Shown here piece by piece: positions 34,876-47,613 of a stretch of 64,000 nt of DNA; within the stretch, counting starts at the first letter, position 1, and every line of letters begins with the position of its first letter. The stretch covers positions 1 through 64,000 of the forward strand of contig NIVC01001105.1 of the NCBI GenBank assembly GCA_002269645.1, read 5' to 3'. A program made the translations under genes and the position numbers. Origin of the DNA: Macrostomum lignano (lineage: Eukaryota). The notes under the pieces are model-generated. The model searched no databases, was not told the DNA's origin, and worked only from the letters and a program-made list of their open reading frames with translations.

Positions 34876-35869
34876 TCAAGCAGCTGCATCACAAATTCAT
34901 ACGAGTAATTTGCGTTTGCGGCCTTCAATAACAACGGTCGCTTCATAGAATCACCATGCACGCACACTTATAGGCTTCGTACAGGACATTGCGCGCTGTG
35001 CGGTGATGATGCTCGGCCGAGGTCTGTTTAGTCAGCTGCCTCTCTCGGATTCATCCCTATTTAGTCCTGTTGCTTCATCGTCTTAAATAATTTGAATTTT
35101 GTTTCTCCCACCAGAGGTTTAATTAATAAGTACACATGCACATTCGATTACTTTTTTTCCTTTCTGTGTTTTTGTTTTTCGTTTAATTGAAAAAATCCCA
35201 ACCTGTGGATGCGGAAGCTTAATTAATGAGTGTTTTTACGTACAGTCAATTGTAGAAGATGGGATTCTATGAGTACTGAATACGCGGCATGTACTGTACT
35301 TGCAACTTAATTAAATTAACCAAGGGCCGCATGTTTAAGAAAGTTGTGATTGACAGTTGTCAGTTGAACGGCAGCAAAAGAGCTAGGAGACACGTACGAA
35401 GCTACTGTAAGAGTGTATCAATTTCTATTGAGCCATGGACACGCGCACAGATCCAGATTCCAGATTGTTATTTAGTTCCTAACATTTATAAAGATATAAT
35501 AATTTTTATGAGGACGCACTTTTTTCCAAATCCCGCGCTAGCACATGGGCTCTACACTTATTGGCCTACTATAACAGTGGGCAATGGGCATTTTTCGGTC
35601 ACTGTGGATTACCTGGTCTCCGGCTGTTGAGTTTCTGATTGGTTGCATGGGTGAGAGGCTACCTAGACTTGCTTGATTGGATGATCCCTTATCTGCCCCC
35701 TGTTTCAGTAGCTGGATTAGGCGCACACTTTTGCTCATTTTGTTCAGTAGTGCTGTTGCTGAGGCAGAAGTCATTCAATAATACTGCTAGTAGTCTAAAC
35801 TCCAATTCAATCTGAAGTGTGAAGTGATCTAAGGAGAAGGTTAAATCTAACAGTTATTTTTATCGGTTT

Positions 35870-36650
35870 TATTTCTTTGTTCGCCGATGGCTCAGATGAG
35901 TAGCTAAGCTAGTAGGCGCCGGTCACAGTGGACCAATGGCAAGGCAGTTCTCAGTCGATCAAACTACCAAATCAGTGAGCAAAACTGCCAGAAGTGCAGA
36001 ATCGGCGCCAGAGATGTACTTTGTGCACTCTAGGTTAGCCAAGCGGCTCGGGTAAAGAATCATGCGGTCTCTGAAGTTCAAGTTAGTCTATCATCAGCGC
36101 TATGAGAGGCTAGTTGGCGCGTTGAAGGCCAAAAGTACATATCTTCATATTTAGCAATGTAATAGTACATGTAGCTACCCCATAGACTCGCCACTGCAAG
36201 AATCCCCTGCACAAGTCCCCTCTGTACAGCTGCTGCATGGCCAATGCGATCTAGTCCCAGCAGTGTCCCTTATATCATCGGCTATGACTTCGAGATAGAC
36301 AGCAAAAAGACACTAGTTGGCAGGTAAGTGCAAAGCCCCTTCTAGTCGGAAGCCCGATTTCGAGAGTCCCGGTGTGGTGAGCCAGGGCGCACGGGCTGGT
36401 GGCAGCAAGTTAGTTGATCTGCGGATTGGCTAATTTCTACTTTCAAAATTCTCCCTGCTCGTCTCTCGCTGTCCCTCTCTTAGCTATAGGACCTAGACTG
36501 CTCGCCACACGATCAAGCTACCATGGGGCTGACCATCTGACAGGAGTGGGGGGCCAGGTCTCTAATTGATTTATTTCTGAGACCTGAGGCCCGAAGGCTT
36601 CCCCACAAGGGGCCGAAAGGTCGAAACCCATCTATTTATTTACTATAAAC
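35870..36650 (+). mobile_element. Decayed 3' end of an RNase-H-bearing (I-group-like) LINE
   Basis: Frameshifted FADGS...GAG...SAE (RNase H-like) at ~35880-36010 and SPL.SC...CPLY (C-terminal zinc-knuckle-like) at ~36210-36280, followed by a structured tail and TATTT repeats. Heavily eroded. Confidence 0.4.
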
Positions 36651-39301
36651 TAGCTTGCACAATCCTACAAACTTTTCCATGGCATATACATTAATATACC
36701 TGTCGGTATTATTGTACGTTATACCTGTACATTGCAATGTGTACATTCACCAGTTTCAAACGCACGTACATGTAACGTAGGCATCAAATTTGACCAACTC
36801 CTTATACATGTACGAATACAGCTTTTTAATTTCTTGAATTTTTTCTCACCAGGCATTATATTTGTGGTTTGGTCCTCATTTAAGGCGTACCCTATTCGCA
36901 ACCAGTTGTTGCAAGATAATCTGACGACCTACTGTAAAAGTGCGAGGATCACTAGGAGGTTAGACTTTAACTCCGATAGTGTTCCCAAAGGAGTATACTT
37001 AAGTAGAAGAACGGGAAACTACTTTTCTTTCAAAAAAATTAAGGGGCTGCTGGTTTTCACTGAAGAATACGCTGCGGAGATTAGCTTTTCAATGTTTTTC
37101 AAATTAAAATTGTTTGACAGCACTTAACAGCATTGACAGCATTTTCAAATGGTCATTTTTTGGAAATTCCGTTGCGCGCACGCACGAACTTGTTGACAAG
37201 TTGACTGGCATCATTTTTTAATTTTACAGTAGTTGTACTGTTTAAAACTTGAACAATAAGTAACAAGCACCACAAATAATAGTGATAGCTTGGCTTTTGC
37301 AAGTAATTTTAGAAATCTCTAAACGCATTTTTTGCAAAGCTTTATCACTTAGTTAGCCCCTATTAGCTATTATTTCTTGTTCGATTAGGCCTACTAATTT
37401 TCGCTATTGTACCCCCTACCGACACAATGGCTTACTTTTATGTAATTGTAAAGTTAAGTGTCATATTGTATTGTCAGACATATATTGTCTCACTGTCTGT
37501 ATTGTTTAAAAATCGACCTACATATATAGACCACACCACCAGTAGGCCTAATATTATCTAAAATGACAAGACAACTTGCATCTAGTAATTTATTATGGAT
37601 TATAATTTTGAAATATGAATAGGTCTATAAAGTAGGCCCTATTGCTGAATGACATCATAAGTAATGAAATGGCATTGTTAAAACACTCTTCAAACAGTCA
37701 AACTCAAGAAATCTTATAAGTTATACTCAAAATAGATATGTTTATATAAAGTGTTTTATACCCTACATATAAATCTCCTATGCCATGGGCATGGCTAAGG
37801 CCACTAGGCCATCTATAGGCCTAGGCCTAGTCCAAACTATAAGGTGGCTTTTATGCCAAAAATTATGTTTTTAGCCCTTCACTTAGAATACCATAGGCCT
37901 AGAATCTTGGCATACACTTAGCTGATTTAGGGTATAGAATTTTCAGGTATTGTTATATATAAATATCATGTTTTGTTTGTTATTGGCCCTAGAGACTTTA
38001 GTGAGTTTATTGCATTAGGCTAGTTAGTTTAAAATAACAAAACACAAAATATATTAAACTTAAAAATTTAAATTAAAAATATTAAACATTGATATAGTTT
38101 TGTAAAAAACTAACTAGTTAGGCTAGCCTATGAGCTATGTAAATCTTAGAAATACCTAATATAATAGATATAGAGCTCTTACAATTCAAAATTTGTATTT
38201 GTAATAAAAAGAATTGCCAAAGACCATAATTTGAATTTTCAATCAATAGGTGCTGAATCAAAGTGGCAAACCCTTATGACAAATCTGATGATGCGACAAT
38301 TTATTATACATGTATATTAGTTAATATTGAGAAATAAAACAAAGAGTATGTTATAAACCAGTTATACAAACTTTAAATTATAAATATATATAGTAAAAAG
38401 TATAGTAAAATATAAATAGAATACAAATACAAATAATGCATACTGTGAAGTAAGTACAAAATAGGATTACTTTTAAAATAGATATAAAGTCTTTATATAT
38501 ACATTACATATATTTTATATATACATTTTATTTAGTATTATAAAGCACAATTTAAAATAGTTTCATTTTGGCATTGCTTATAAATAAAAGAGGTAAGTAG
38601 GCCCTATATAGAAATACATATATTTTACTTTTGAATAGCTATATTATTTAGAGAATTGAATATTGTTATATTGATAATTATTCTATTTTTTAATTATATA
38701 ATTATATAAAACAATACATAATTAAGTAAATTCTAAAAAGTTTATGCCTTACAATCTATATTAACATGTTATTTATTATATTGTGTATATACAAAAAGTA
38801 ATAAAAGTATTGCAAAGCTATAATATGCCATTTATGCAACTTCTATTTAAATAAGTAAATTAGGTTTGTTTGATTTCACTTAGTTCTATATGAATATATG
38901 ATGCAATATTATATGGTAATAGTTGAATCTGACTGCCTTATTTCTATATCAACTAGGACTCACATTGCAACCTATTTGTCTGCCAGATAACAAATAAATA
39001 ATTTGCCAACAGACAACTAGAAATTTAGTAAAGAAAGAGGGGGCAGATCCAAAATGTGAAGACCTAAACGGAGGGCAGAGGGTTAGGCCTGTTGGTCCTA
39101 CTTGCATTTTTTCTGGGTCTCTATCAAAGTGGGGGCAGGTACCCCTCCCCTCCCTAGTTGCACCATGGGTCTTAGGGTTCAAGTCTACTTTCCACAGAAC
39201 TCATATTAATGTGTCTTTTTTCATGTACAGTGCCTGAAGAGTTCTTACAGATTTGATCAATCTGAATCAGAACAACAAATACTTCATGACTAGACTAGGC
39301 G

Positions 39302-39841
39302 ATGCAGTCTGCAAACGCTATACAGCAAATTGAATCAATGCGCCAAGAGTACATTAGGGACACGCTGCAGCTGGTGCCCAGACAGCAGGACTCTGTGCTG
39401 CAGGACTGCCAGCTGCTGTTAGCCAGGTATTACGAAGCGGCTGACAAAGAGGAGCGACGCCAGTCCCGACTGCCAGACTCTGACGGCTGGGTGACAGTCA
39501 GTTATAAGAAAAGTGGCTCAACGGCCAAGCCTGATGCTGCTGAGGCTCAAGCTGAAGGGACTAAGGCTAAACCCGAGGACACGCCGGCTGCAGAGACAGA
39601 GGACGCCGCCAGAGCGCTGGTGTTTGGCCGGGGTCAATCGCGCGCCAGGCGCCAATTAGAGCGCCAGCGTAGGCGCGAGAAGCTCGCCGCAGCCGAGTTG
39701 CAATTGGCTCTGGGCGGCGCCAAAGCGCCAAAAGCGACGCGAGCGGAGGAGCAGCGAAACCGGCTGGGCGCGCTGCGGGCCAGCTTCGCCGAGAAGCTGC
39801 GGGCCATCGCTGAGCAGCGCAAATTCCGGCCGGAAGGCTGA
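39302..39841 (+). CDS. RRP7A: Rrp7 C-terminal-domain protein (RRP7A-like), 179 aa as seen
   Basis: PDSDGWVTV and terminal AEQRKFRP match Rrp7 C-terminal motifs; upstream RRM-like exons not found. Confidence 0.7.
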   Translation: MQSANAIQQIESMRQEYIRDTLQLVPRQQDSVLQDCQLLLARYYEAADKEERRQSRLPDSDGWVTVSYKKSGSTAKPDAAEAQAEGTKAKPEDTPAAETEDAARALVFGRGQSRARRQLERQRRREKLAAAELQLALGGAKAPKATRAEEQRNRLGALRASFAEKLRAIAEQRKFRPEG

Positions 39842-39904
39842 ATTTCAGTTTTGGAACTGCTTTTATCTCTGCTGCTGGGGGATCTTTTATAAGCTCGAAT
39901 TGTT

Positions 39905-39970
39905 TATTAGAGGTAAGGGGTTGTGTGCACCCTGGTGCACTTTAAGCGACATTGCCCCATTCTGCCCGAT
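39905..39970 (-). mobile_element. 5'-truncated copy of the SINE tail seen at 12007-12070
   Basis: GGGGTTGTGTGCACC.TGG.GCACTTTAAGCGACAT shared with 12028-12063. Confidence 0.7.
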
Positions 39971-40689
39971 GAGAACGTTACCTAGGCTAAGAAGCGTCCC
40001 ATTGTCACTTGCGTCGTTTTGACTTTAGACGACTTTATTATAAAACAAGATGTCGCCGTACAAGTTGCCAAAAAGTCGTCAAAGAGTCGCCTAAGTGTCA
40101 ATTTGGGGCGTTTTATTGTCTAAAAATTTGAAACCACTTTGGAACTGTAAAGTCGTATCTGTAGAAGCACTGAGTTGCGACTAAAGTGCGTATCTGCATC
40201 AGCTATTGAATTTGATTTCCACCTTTATTCCCAGATACTTTCCACCTTAGACTAAATCCTCGCTTTGAATGCTTATCAAGTTGAGTGGTTTATTGGTAAT
40301 TAACGTTTAATTACGGCTCGTTTATAACAAAGGTGGTAAGATATCTACGAGTATTGACAGTTAGTCAAATCCATTTTATTTACCGGTAATTCAAATTTGT
40401 GCCAAGCGATAGGTCTAGTTTCTAATATGCGTCAATGCTGGCGTCTATTTGAATTGGATTTAATGCATGCAAGTTTTCAAGAAATAAAAAAACTGTCTGT
40501 TTTCCAGCTGTCAGTTTACACTTTGTATATGCGTTAATAAATGCTCTTGCCATGCATTTCTCTGTTACCTGATTAACTGTTCTAATTTTTCTGCTTTCAT
40601 TTTTTTATTTTTAGCCTTAGAATTGGTCAGGAGTCTGACATGAAGGGTGGCTATTGAGTAGGTTTTCTTGTGTAGTGTGTCTTTAAGTG

Positions 40690-41740
40690 TCTTGTGTAGA
40701 TTCAGGTGACTCTTTTGTAGTTTCAGGTGACTCTTTTGTAGTTTCAGGTGACTCTTGTAGTTTCAGGTGACTCGTGTGTAGTTTCAGGTGACTCTTTTGT
40801 AGTTTCAGGTGACTCTTTTGTAGTTTCAGGTGACTCTTTTGTAGTTTCAGGTGACTCTTTTGTAGTTTCAGGTGACTCGTGTGTAGTTTCAGGTGACTCT
40901 TTTGTAGTTTCAGGTGACTCGTGTGTAGTTTCAGGTGACTCTTTTGTAGTTTCAGGTGACTCGTGTGTAGTTTCAGGTGACTCTTGTGTAGTTTCAGGTG
41001 ACTCTTGTGTAGTTTCAGGTGACTCTTGTGTAGTTTCAGGTGACTCTTGTGTAGTTTCGGGTGACTCTTGTGTAGTTTCGGCTGACTCTTGTGTAGTTTC
41101 GGCTGACTTTTGTGTAGTTTCATGTGACTCTTGTGTAGTTTCAGGTGACTCTTGTGTAGTTTCAGGTGACTCGTGTGTAGTTTCGGGGGACTCTTGTGTA
41201 GTTTCGGCTGACTTTTGTGTAGTTTCATGTGACTCTTGTGTAGTTTCGGGTGACTCTTGTGTAGTTTCGGGTGACTCTTGTGTAGTTTCGGGTGACTCTT
41301 GTGTAGTTTCGGGTGACTCTTGTGTAGTTTCGGGTGACTCTTGTGTAGCTTCGGGTGACTCTTGTGTAGCTTCGGCTGACTTTTGTGTAGCTTCAGGTGA
41401 CTCTTGTGTAGTTTCGGGTGACTCTTGTGTAGTTTCGGGGGACTCTTGTGTAGCTTCGGGTGACTCTTGTGTAGCTTCGGGTGACTCTTGTGTAGCTTCA
41501 GGTGACTCTTGTGTAGTTTCGGGTGACTCTTGTGTAGCTTCAGGTGACTCTTGTGTAGTTTCGAGTGACTTGTGTAGTTTCGGATGACTCTTGTGTAGCT
41601 TCGGGTGACTCTTGTGTAGTTTCGGGTGACTCTTGTGTAGTTTTGGGTGACTTGTGTAGTTTTGAGTGACTCTTGTGTAGTTTCGGGTGACTCTTGTGTA
41701 GTTTGGGGTGACTCTTGTGTAGTTTTGGGTGACTTGTGTA
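40690..41740. repeat. 21-bp minisatellite (GTAGTTTCAGGTGACTCTTGT) upstream of the ARMC6 acceptor
   Basis: About 50 copies, with a gradient of variants along the array. Confidence 0.97.
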
Positions 41741-41927
41741 GTTTCCTTCTCGATTTTCAGTTGACTTAAAAAATCATTAAAACGCTAGTTTTGCTACTGA
41801 AAGTAGCATTACTCTCGTCTACTGTACAGGTTTGTGATTCCAGTTTTTATGCTACTTTAATTTCAGTAGTATTGTAAGCTTATTATGACTATCTATTGGA
41901 TTTATTGCAGCTCAAAATCAGCTTGAA

Positions 41928-44900
41928 ATGTCCCGGCCAGTGTCGCAGGACACCTACAACAGTCTGGTACGCGAGAATATTGACGAATTCGACATGCCGC
42001 CAGATGAAGCAATCGAAGATGCTGTTAAACAGCTGGAGGCTCAGAAAGCTTCTATTGGTTTGATAGTGCAGGACTTGCCGCTTTATCCGGAGGGTCGGCA
42101 TCCTCTTGTGCTGGCTGTTAACGCTGTCGTGTTGTCAGCTGACTCTGTGGCTACTCAAACCAAGGACCAGCTACTCAGCCAGATTGGCGAGCTGTCCCAT
42201 CAGCTAGCTGCCGGCTTGCCTCATCGGGTTCTGGCTGCCCAGCTTCGCGTCGCGCCCGCACTGCTGAGCCTGGCTTCTGAGCCGTCGGATTCCTCCGTAG
42301 CCTGCGCCGCGCTGCGCTGTCTCCGACGCCTATTGAAACAGCAATCGGATGCGCTGAATTCTGATCAGCTGATCGGCCTGCTGGCTAGGGCTAAGCTATT
42401 GGCTGGAGTGGCTGATACTACTGCTGATGGAGAAGTAGTAGTAGCGGAAAATGCTGTGGCCGAGACTGGCGATGCGTGTGTTGAAGCCGAAGAGGAGGAG
42501 GCGGCTGACGAAGGCACGCCTGAATCGGCTGCTGAGCTCACCGCCCTGCTAGGCGTCCTTGGCAGCTCGTGTGTGCTGAACGAGGCCAACCGTCAGCTGT
42601 TGGTGCTCAACGGCCTGGTGCCAATGCTGGCTCGACTGATGAGAACTCAGCCAGGAAGGGAAGCTTTGATCTGTCAGGCCTGTCGGCTGTTTCGCCTGCT
42701 CACTCTGGACGATGATGTTCGGGCGGTTGTTGGCCAGGTGAGTATGGGATGTCCGTGATATCAGCTGTCTTGGGAGCTCCTAACTGGGAGTGCCTGTTTG
42801 GTAATGCGAGCTCTTGAGCACTGTGTAGATTTTTGAGTAGGTTTGTGTGATTATTGAGTAGTTTTGTGTGATTATTGAGTAGGTTTGTGTGGTATTTGAG
42901 TAGGTTTGTGTGATTATTGAGTAGTTTTGTGTGATTATTGAGTAGTTTTGTGTGATTATTGAGTAGGTTTGTGTGATATTTGAGTAGGTTTGTGTGATTA
43001 TTGAGTAGTTTTGTGTGATTATTGAGTAGTTTTGTGTGATTATTGAGTAGGTTGATGTGATTATTGAGTAGTTTTGTGTGATTATTGAGTAGTTTTGTGT
43101 GATTATTGAGTAGGTTTGTGTGATTATTGAGTAGTTTTGTGTGATTATTGAGTAGTTTTGTGTGATTATTGAGTAGTTTTGTGTGATTATTGAGTAGGTT
43201 TGTGTGATTATTGAGTAGTTTTGTGTGATTATTGAGTAGTTTTGTGTGATTATTGAGTAGGTTGATGTGATTATTGAGTAGTTTTGTGTGATTATTGAGT
43301 AGGTTGATGTGATTATTGAGTAGTTTTGTGTGATTATTGAGTAGTTTTGTGTGATTATTGAGTAGTTTTGTGTGATTATTGAGTAGTTTTGTGTGATTAT
43401 TGAGTAGGTTTGTGTGGTATTTGAGTAGGTTTGTGTGATTATTGAGTAGTTTTGTGTGATTATTGAGTAGTTTTGTGTGATTATTGAGTAGGTTGATGTG
43501 ATTATTGAGTAGTTTTGTGTGATTATTGAGTAGTTTTGTGTGATTATTGAGTAGTTTTGTGTGATTATTGAGTAGTTTTGTGTGATTATTGAGTAGTTTT
43601 GTGTGATTATTGAGTAGTTTTGTGTGATTATTGAGTAGGTTTGTGTGATTATTGAGTAGGTTTGTGTGATTATTGAGTAGGTTTGTGTGATTATTGAGTA
43701 GGTTTGTGTGATTATTGAGTAGGTTTGTGTGATTATTGAGTAGGTTTGTGTGATTATTGAGTAGGTTTGTGTGATTATGGAGTAGTTTTGTGTGATTATT
43801 GAGTGGGGATCAGTGATCATTGGTTAGGGTTCAGTGATCATTGGTAGGGTTCAGTGATCATTGGTTAGGGCTCAGTGATCATTGGTTAGGGTTCAGTGAT
43901 CATTGGTTAGGGTTCAGTGATCATTGGTTAGGGTTCAGTGATCATTGGTTAGGGTTCAGTGATCATTGGTTAGGGTTCAGTGATCATTGGTTAGGGTTCA
44001 GTGATCATTGGTTAGGGTTCAGTGATCCAATGGGTAAACTTATACCACTAACCAATGCTCTGGCCAGGCTCACGAACGAGCTCGCCAAGTGATGTCGGAG
44101 ACCCCGGCTCTCGCCCTACTGCTGCGCCTGTGCCGCCGCTACAATCGGCCAGAGTCGGCCCGCACAGTGGCCCGAGTGTTCGACACCTTAGCCTGTCTGG
44201 CCGTGCGCGACGAATTCTGTCAGCGAGCTTTAGAACTGGGCGCCTGCGATTTCATTGTTGGCGCAATTTACGCGCACAGCCAGGAGCCTCAGCTGGCCGC
44301 CTCCGGCATGGGATTATTGCGCAATCTGGCCCGCAACGATCAGGTTAAACGGGCGGCCGCTGAGCACCTGCCCGTGCTGCTGGATGTGGCTACCAAGTGA
44401 GTTCTACTGCAGCTGGTAGCCCGCCAGCTTTTGAGTCCTCCAGTTTTCCGCCCCCTTCACCCCCAGTTTCCGCCCCCTTCACCCCCAGTTTTCCGCCCCC
44501 TTCAACCCCCAGTTTTCTGCCCCCTTCACCCCCCAGTTTTCCGCCCCCTTCACCCCCAGTTATCCGCGCCATTCGGTCCCCAGTTATCCGCCCTATTCAG
44601 TCTCCAGTTATCCGCCCCATTCACTCCCCAGTTATCTGCCCTATTCAGTCTCCAGTTATCCGCCCCATTCACTCCCCAGTTATCCGCCCCCTTCACCCTC
44701 AGTTTCCACCCCCTTCAACCTCCAGTTTTCCGCCCCCTTTACCCCCAGTTATCCGCCCCATTCACTCCCCAGTTATCCGCCCTATTCAGTCTCCAGTTAT
44801 CTGCCCTATTCAGTCTCCAGTTATCCGCCCCATTCACTCCCCAGTTATCCGCCCCCTTCACCCTCAGTTTCCACCCCCTTCAACCTCCAGTTTTCCGCCC

Positions 44901-45447
44901 CCTTTACCCCCAGTTATCCGCCCCATTCACTCCCCAGTTATCCACCCCATTCAGTCCCCAGTTATCCGCCCCATTCAGTCCCCAGTTATCCGCCCCATTC
45001 AGTCCCCAGTTATCCGCCCCATTCAGTCCCCAGTTATCCGCCCCAAAATTGCGCAGATTCGCCAAGCAGGCCCCGGTGGCGCACCAGTTCCTAGGCCTGG
45101 CCGCCAACCTGTGCCTCCGTCAGCCGGCCACGGCCCGCCGATTTGCCGCCGAGCTGCCCGGCCCGGCGCTGCTGTCCCTGCTGGCCGCTCTTCACCGGCC
45201 AGACTCCGCCCTGATGCGCCAGCTCTGCCTGTGCGTTCGCAATGTGGCCGCTCGCGACGACTCAGCGGATTCTGGCGGCCTGGTTCGGCCCGCGCTGCTG
45301 GCGCACGGCATGGAGTCGCTGATGAACGGCCTGCTTGCCGTCTGCAAAGACGAGGCCAAAGCGGCTCTGCTGGCGATGGGCTGCGATGTCAAATTTGAGC
45401 CAATGCTCTGGACCGGGAAAAATGGCCAACTACCTAGGGGCGATTGA
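41928..45447 (+). CDS. ARMC6: Armadillo repeat-containing protein 6, 509 aa, 3 exons
   Basis: Exons 41928-42737, 44068-44396, 45057-45447 splice in frame; VSQDTYNSLVRENIDEFDM, LTLDDDVRAVVGQAHERAR, LAVRDEFCQ, AKAALLAMGCDVKFEPMLWTG match ARMC6. Confidence 0.92.
42835..43800. repeat. 21-bp minisatellite (GTGTGATTATTGAGTAGTTTT) in ARMC6 intron 1
   Basis: Direct inspection. Confidence 0.97.
43808..44026. repeat. 21-bp minisatellite containing TTAGGG (GATCATTGGTTAGGGTTCAGT) in ARMC6 intron 1
   Basis: About 10 copies abutting the previous array and ending ~40 nt before the acceptor. Confidence 0.95.
44440..45045. repeat. C-rich ~22-24-bp minisatellite filling ARMC6 intron 2
   Basis: CCCCAGTTATCCGCCCCATTCAGT units from ~45 nt after the donor to ~10 nt before the acceptor. 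Confidence 0.93.
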
Positions 45448-45454
45448 CAGCGTT

Positions 45455-45712
45455 GAGACAGGCTCATGATGGTTTAGAGTGATGAGACAGGCTCATGATG
45501 GTTTAGAGTGAATAGGGAATCAATTATGGTTTTGAGTGAATAGGGAATCAATTATGGTTTTGAGTGAATAGGAAGAGTCCATGATGGTTTTGAGTGAATA
45601 GGGAGAGTCCATGATGGTTTTGAGTGAATAGGGAGAGTCTATGATGGTTTTGAGTGAATAGGGGGAGTCCATGATGGTTTTGAGTGAATAGGGGGAGTCC
45701 TTGATGGTTCTT
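45455..45712. repeat. 30-bp tandem repeat just 3' of the ARMC6 stop
   Basis: GAGTGAATAGGGAGAGTCCATGATGGTTTT units. Confidence 0.9.
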
Positions 45713-46274
45713 AGGAACTTGTGAAACCTCTGTCGTTAGTTTAAACTCGTAAAAACTTAATAGACATTAAAATTTCGATTTTAGTTAGAAATCCAGGTAC
45801 CTGAATGTTGAAATTTTATGTTAAAATCGTCAGAATCGAGATGAGGTGAGCAGTGGGCTTCAGTTTTACAAATATTCAGCTAAGGTGAAACGTGATTCTT
45901 TCGTATTCGTAACATGTTTTTATGCCTTTTTGCAAATGAACTTAAATTCAGAAATTAATGAAAACTTTTCTCTCGCAAAACGCTACTAGCACTACTGAAA
46001 TCCGCTGTACGCTTTTTATTGACTTTCTTTCTTTATTGTCTGATACTTTCATTTTTTATATGCTATTGTCTGCCTAGCCAGGTTAGTGCTTGACTCAAAT
46101 GCTCCCCGAACACATTCTGTGACAAACTTCGTAATGTTGAGTTGTCAGATTTAAAGGTTTTGAATTGGTCCCACCTTTTTTTGACTTCCCTCCACTTACG
46201 ATTCTGCAAAATTTTCATTATTTACTTTTTGTATATTTTCATGTAGATGTAGAGTTGACTGTAGAGGACTTAAG

Positions 46275-47550
46275 ATGGGATATTGGGAATAAAGGATGGG
46301 ATTATGGAGATAAAGGATGGGATATTAAGGATAAAGGATGGCATATTGAGGATAAAGGATGGGATATTAAGGATAAAGGATGGAATATTAAGGATAAAGG
46401 ATGGAATATTGAGGATAAAGGATGGAATATTGAGGATAAAGGATGGCATATTGAGGATAAAGGATGGGATATTGAGGATAAAGGATATGATATTAAGGAT
46501 AAAGGATGGGATATTAAGGATAAAGGATGGCATATTGAGGATAAAGGATGGGATATCGAGGATAAAGGATGGCTATTAAGGATAAAGGATGGGATATAAA
46601 GGTTAAAGGATGGGATATCGAGGATAAAGGATGGGATATCGAGGATAAAGGATGGCATATTGAGGATAAAGGATGGGATATCGAGGATAAAGGATGGGAT
46701 ATTGAGGATAAAGGATGGGATATTGAGGATAAAGGATGGGATATAAAGGTTAAAGGATGGGATATCGAGGATAAAGGATGGGATATTGAGGATAAAGGAT
46801 ATGATATTAATGATAAAGGATGGGACATCGAGGATAAAGGATGGCATATTGAGGATAAAGGATGGGATATTGAGGATAAAGGATGGCATATTGAGGATAA
46901 AGGGTGGGATATTAAGGATAAAGGATGGCATATTGAGGATAAAGGATGTGATATCAAGGATAAAGGATAGATATTGCGGATGAAGGATGGGATATTAAGG
47001 ATAAAGGATGGGATATTGAGGATAAAGGATATGATATTAAGGATAAAGGATGGGATATTGAGGATAAAGGATGGGATATTGAGGATAAAGGATGGGATAT
47101 TGAGGATAAAGGATATTAAGGATAAAGGATGGGATATCGAGGATAAAGGATGGCATATTGAGGATAAAGGATGGGATATCGAGGATAAAGGATGGCATAT
47201 TGAGGATAAAGGATGGGATATTGAGGATAAAGGATGGGATATTAAGGATAAAGGATGGGATATCGAGGATAAAGGATATGATATTAAGGATAAAGGATGG
47301 CATATTGAGGATAAAGGATGGGATATTAAGGATAAAGGATGGCATATTGAGGATAAAGGATGGGATATTAAGGATAAAGGATGGGATATTAAGGATAAAG
47401 GATGGGATATTGAGGATAAAGGATAGATATTGCGGATGAAGAATGGGATATTAAGGATAAAGGATGGGATATTGAGGATAAGGGATGGGATATTAAGGAT
47501 AAAGGATGGCATATTGAGGATAAAGGATGGGATATCAAGGATAAAGGATA
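46275..47550. repeat. 21-bp minisatellite (GAGGATAAAGGATGGGATATT) upstream of the ING acceptor
   Basis: About 60 copies. Confidence 0.97.
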
Positions 47551-47613
47551 GGAGGCTCAAAAGTTCCCTGACCTGACTGTTCAGGATTTCGTGTATCTCC
47601 TGTCACTCCGCAG

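Noticed and set aside
45841-45850. ATGAG|GTGAG as ING first exon
   Set aside because: Phase 2 is incompatible with both candidate acceptors (47584 needs phase 1, 47613 needs phase 0).
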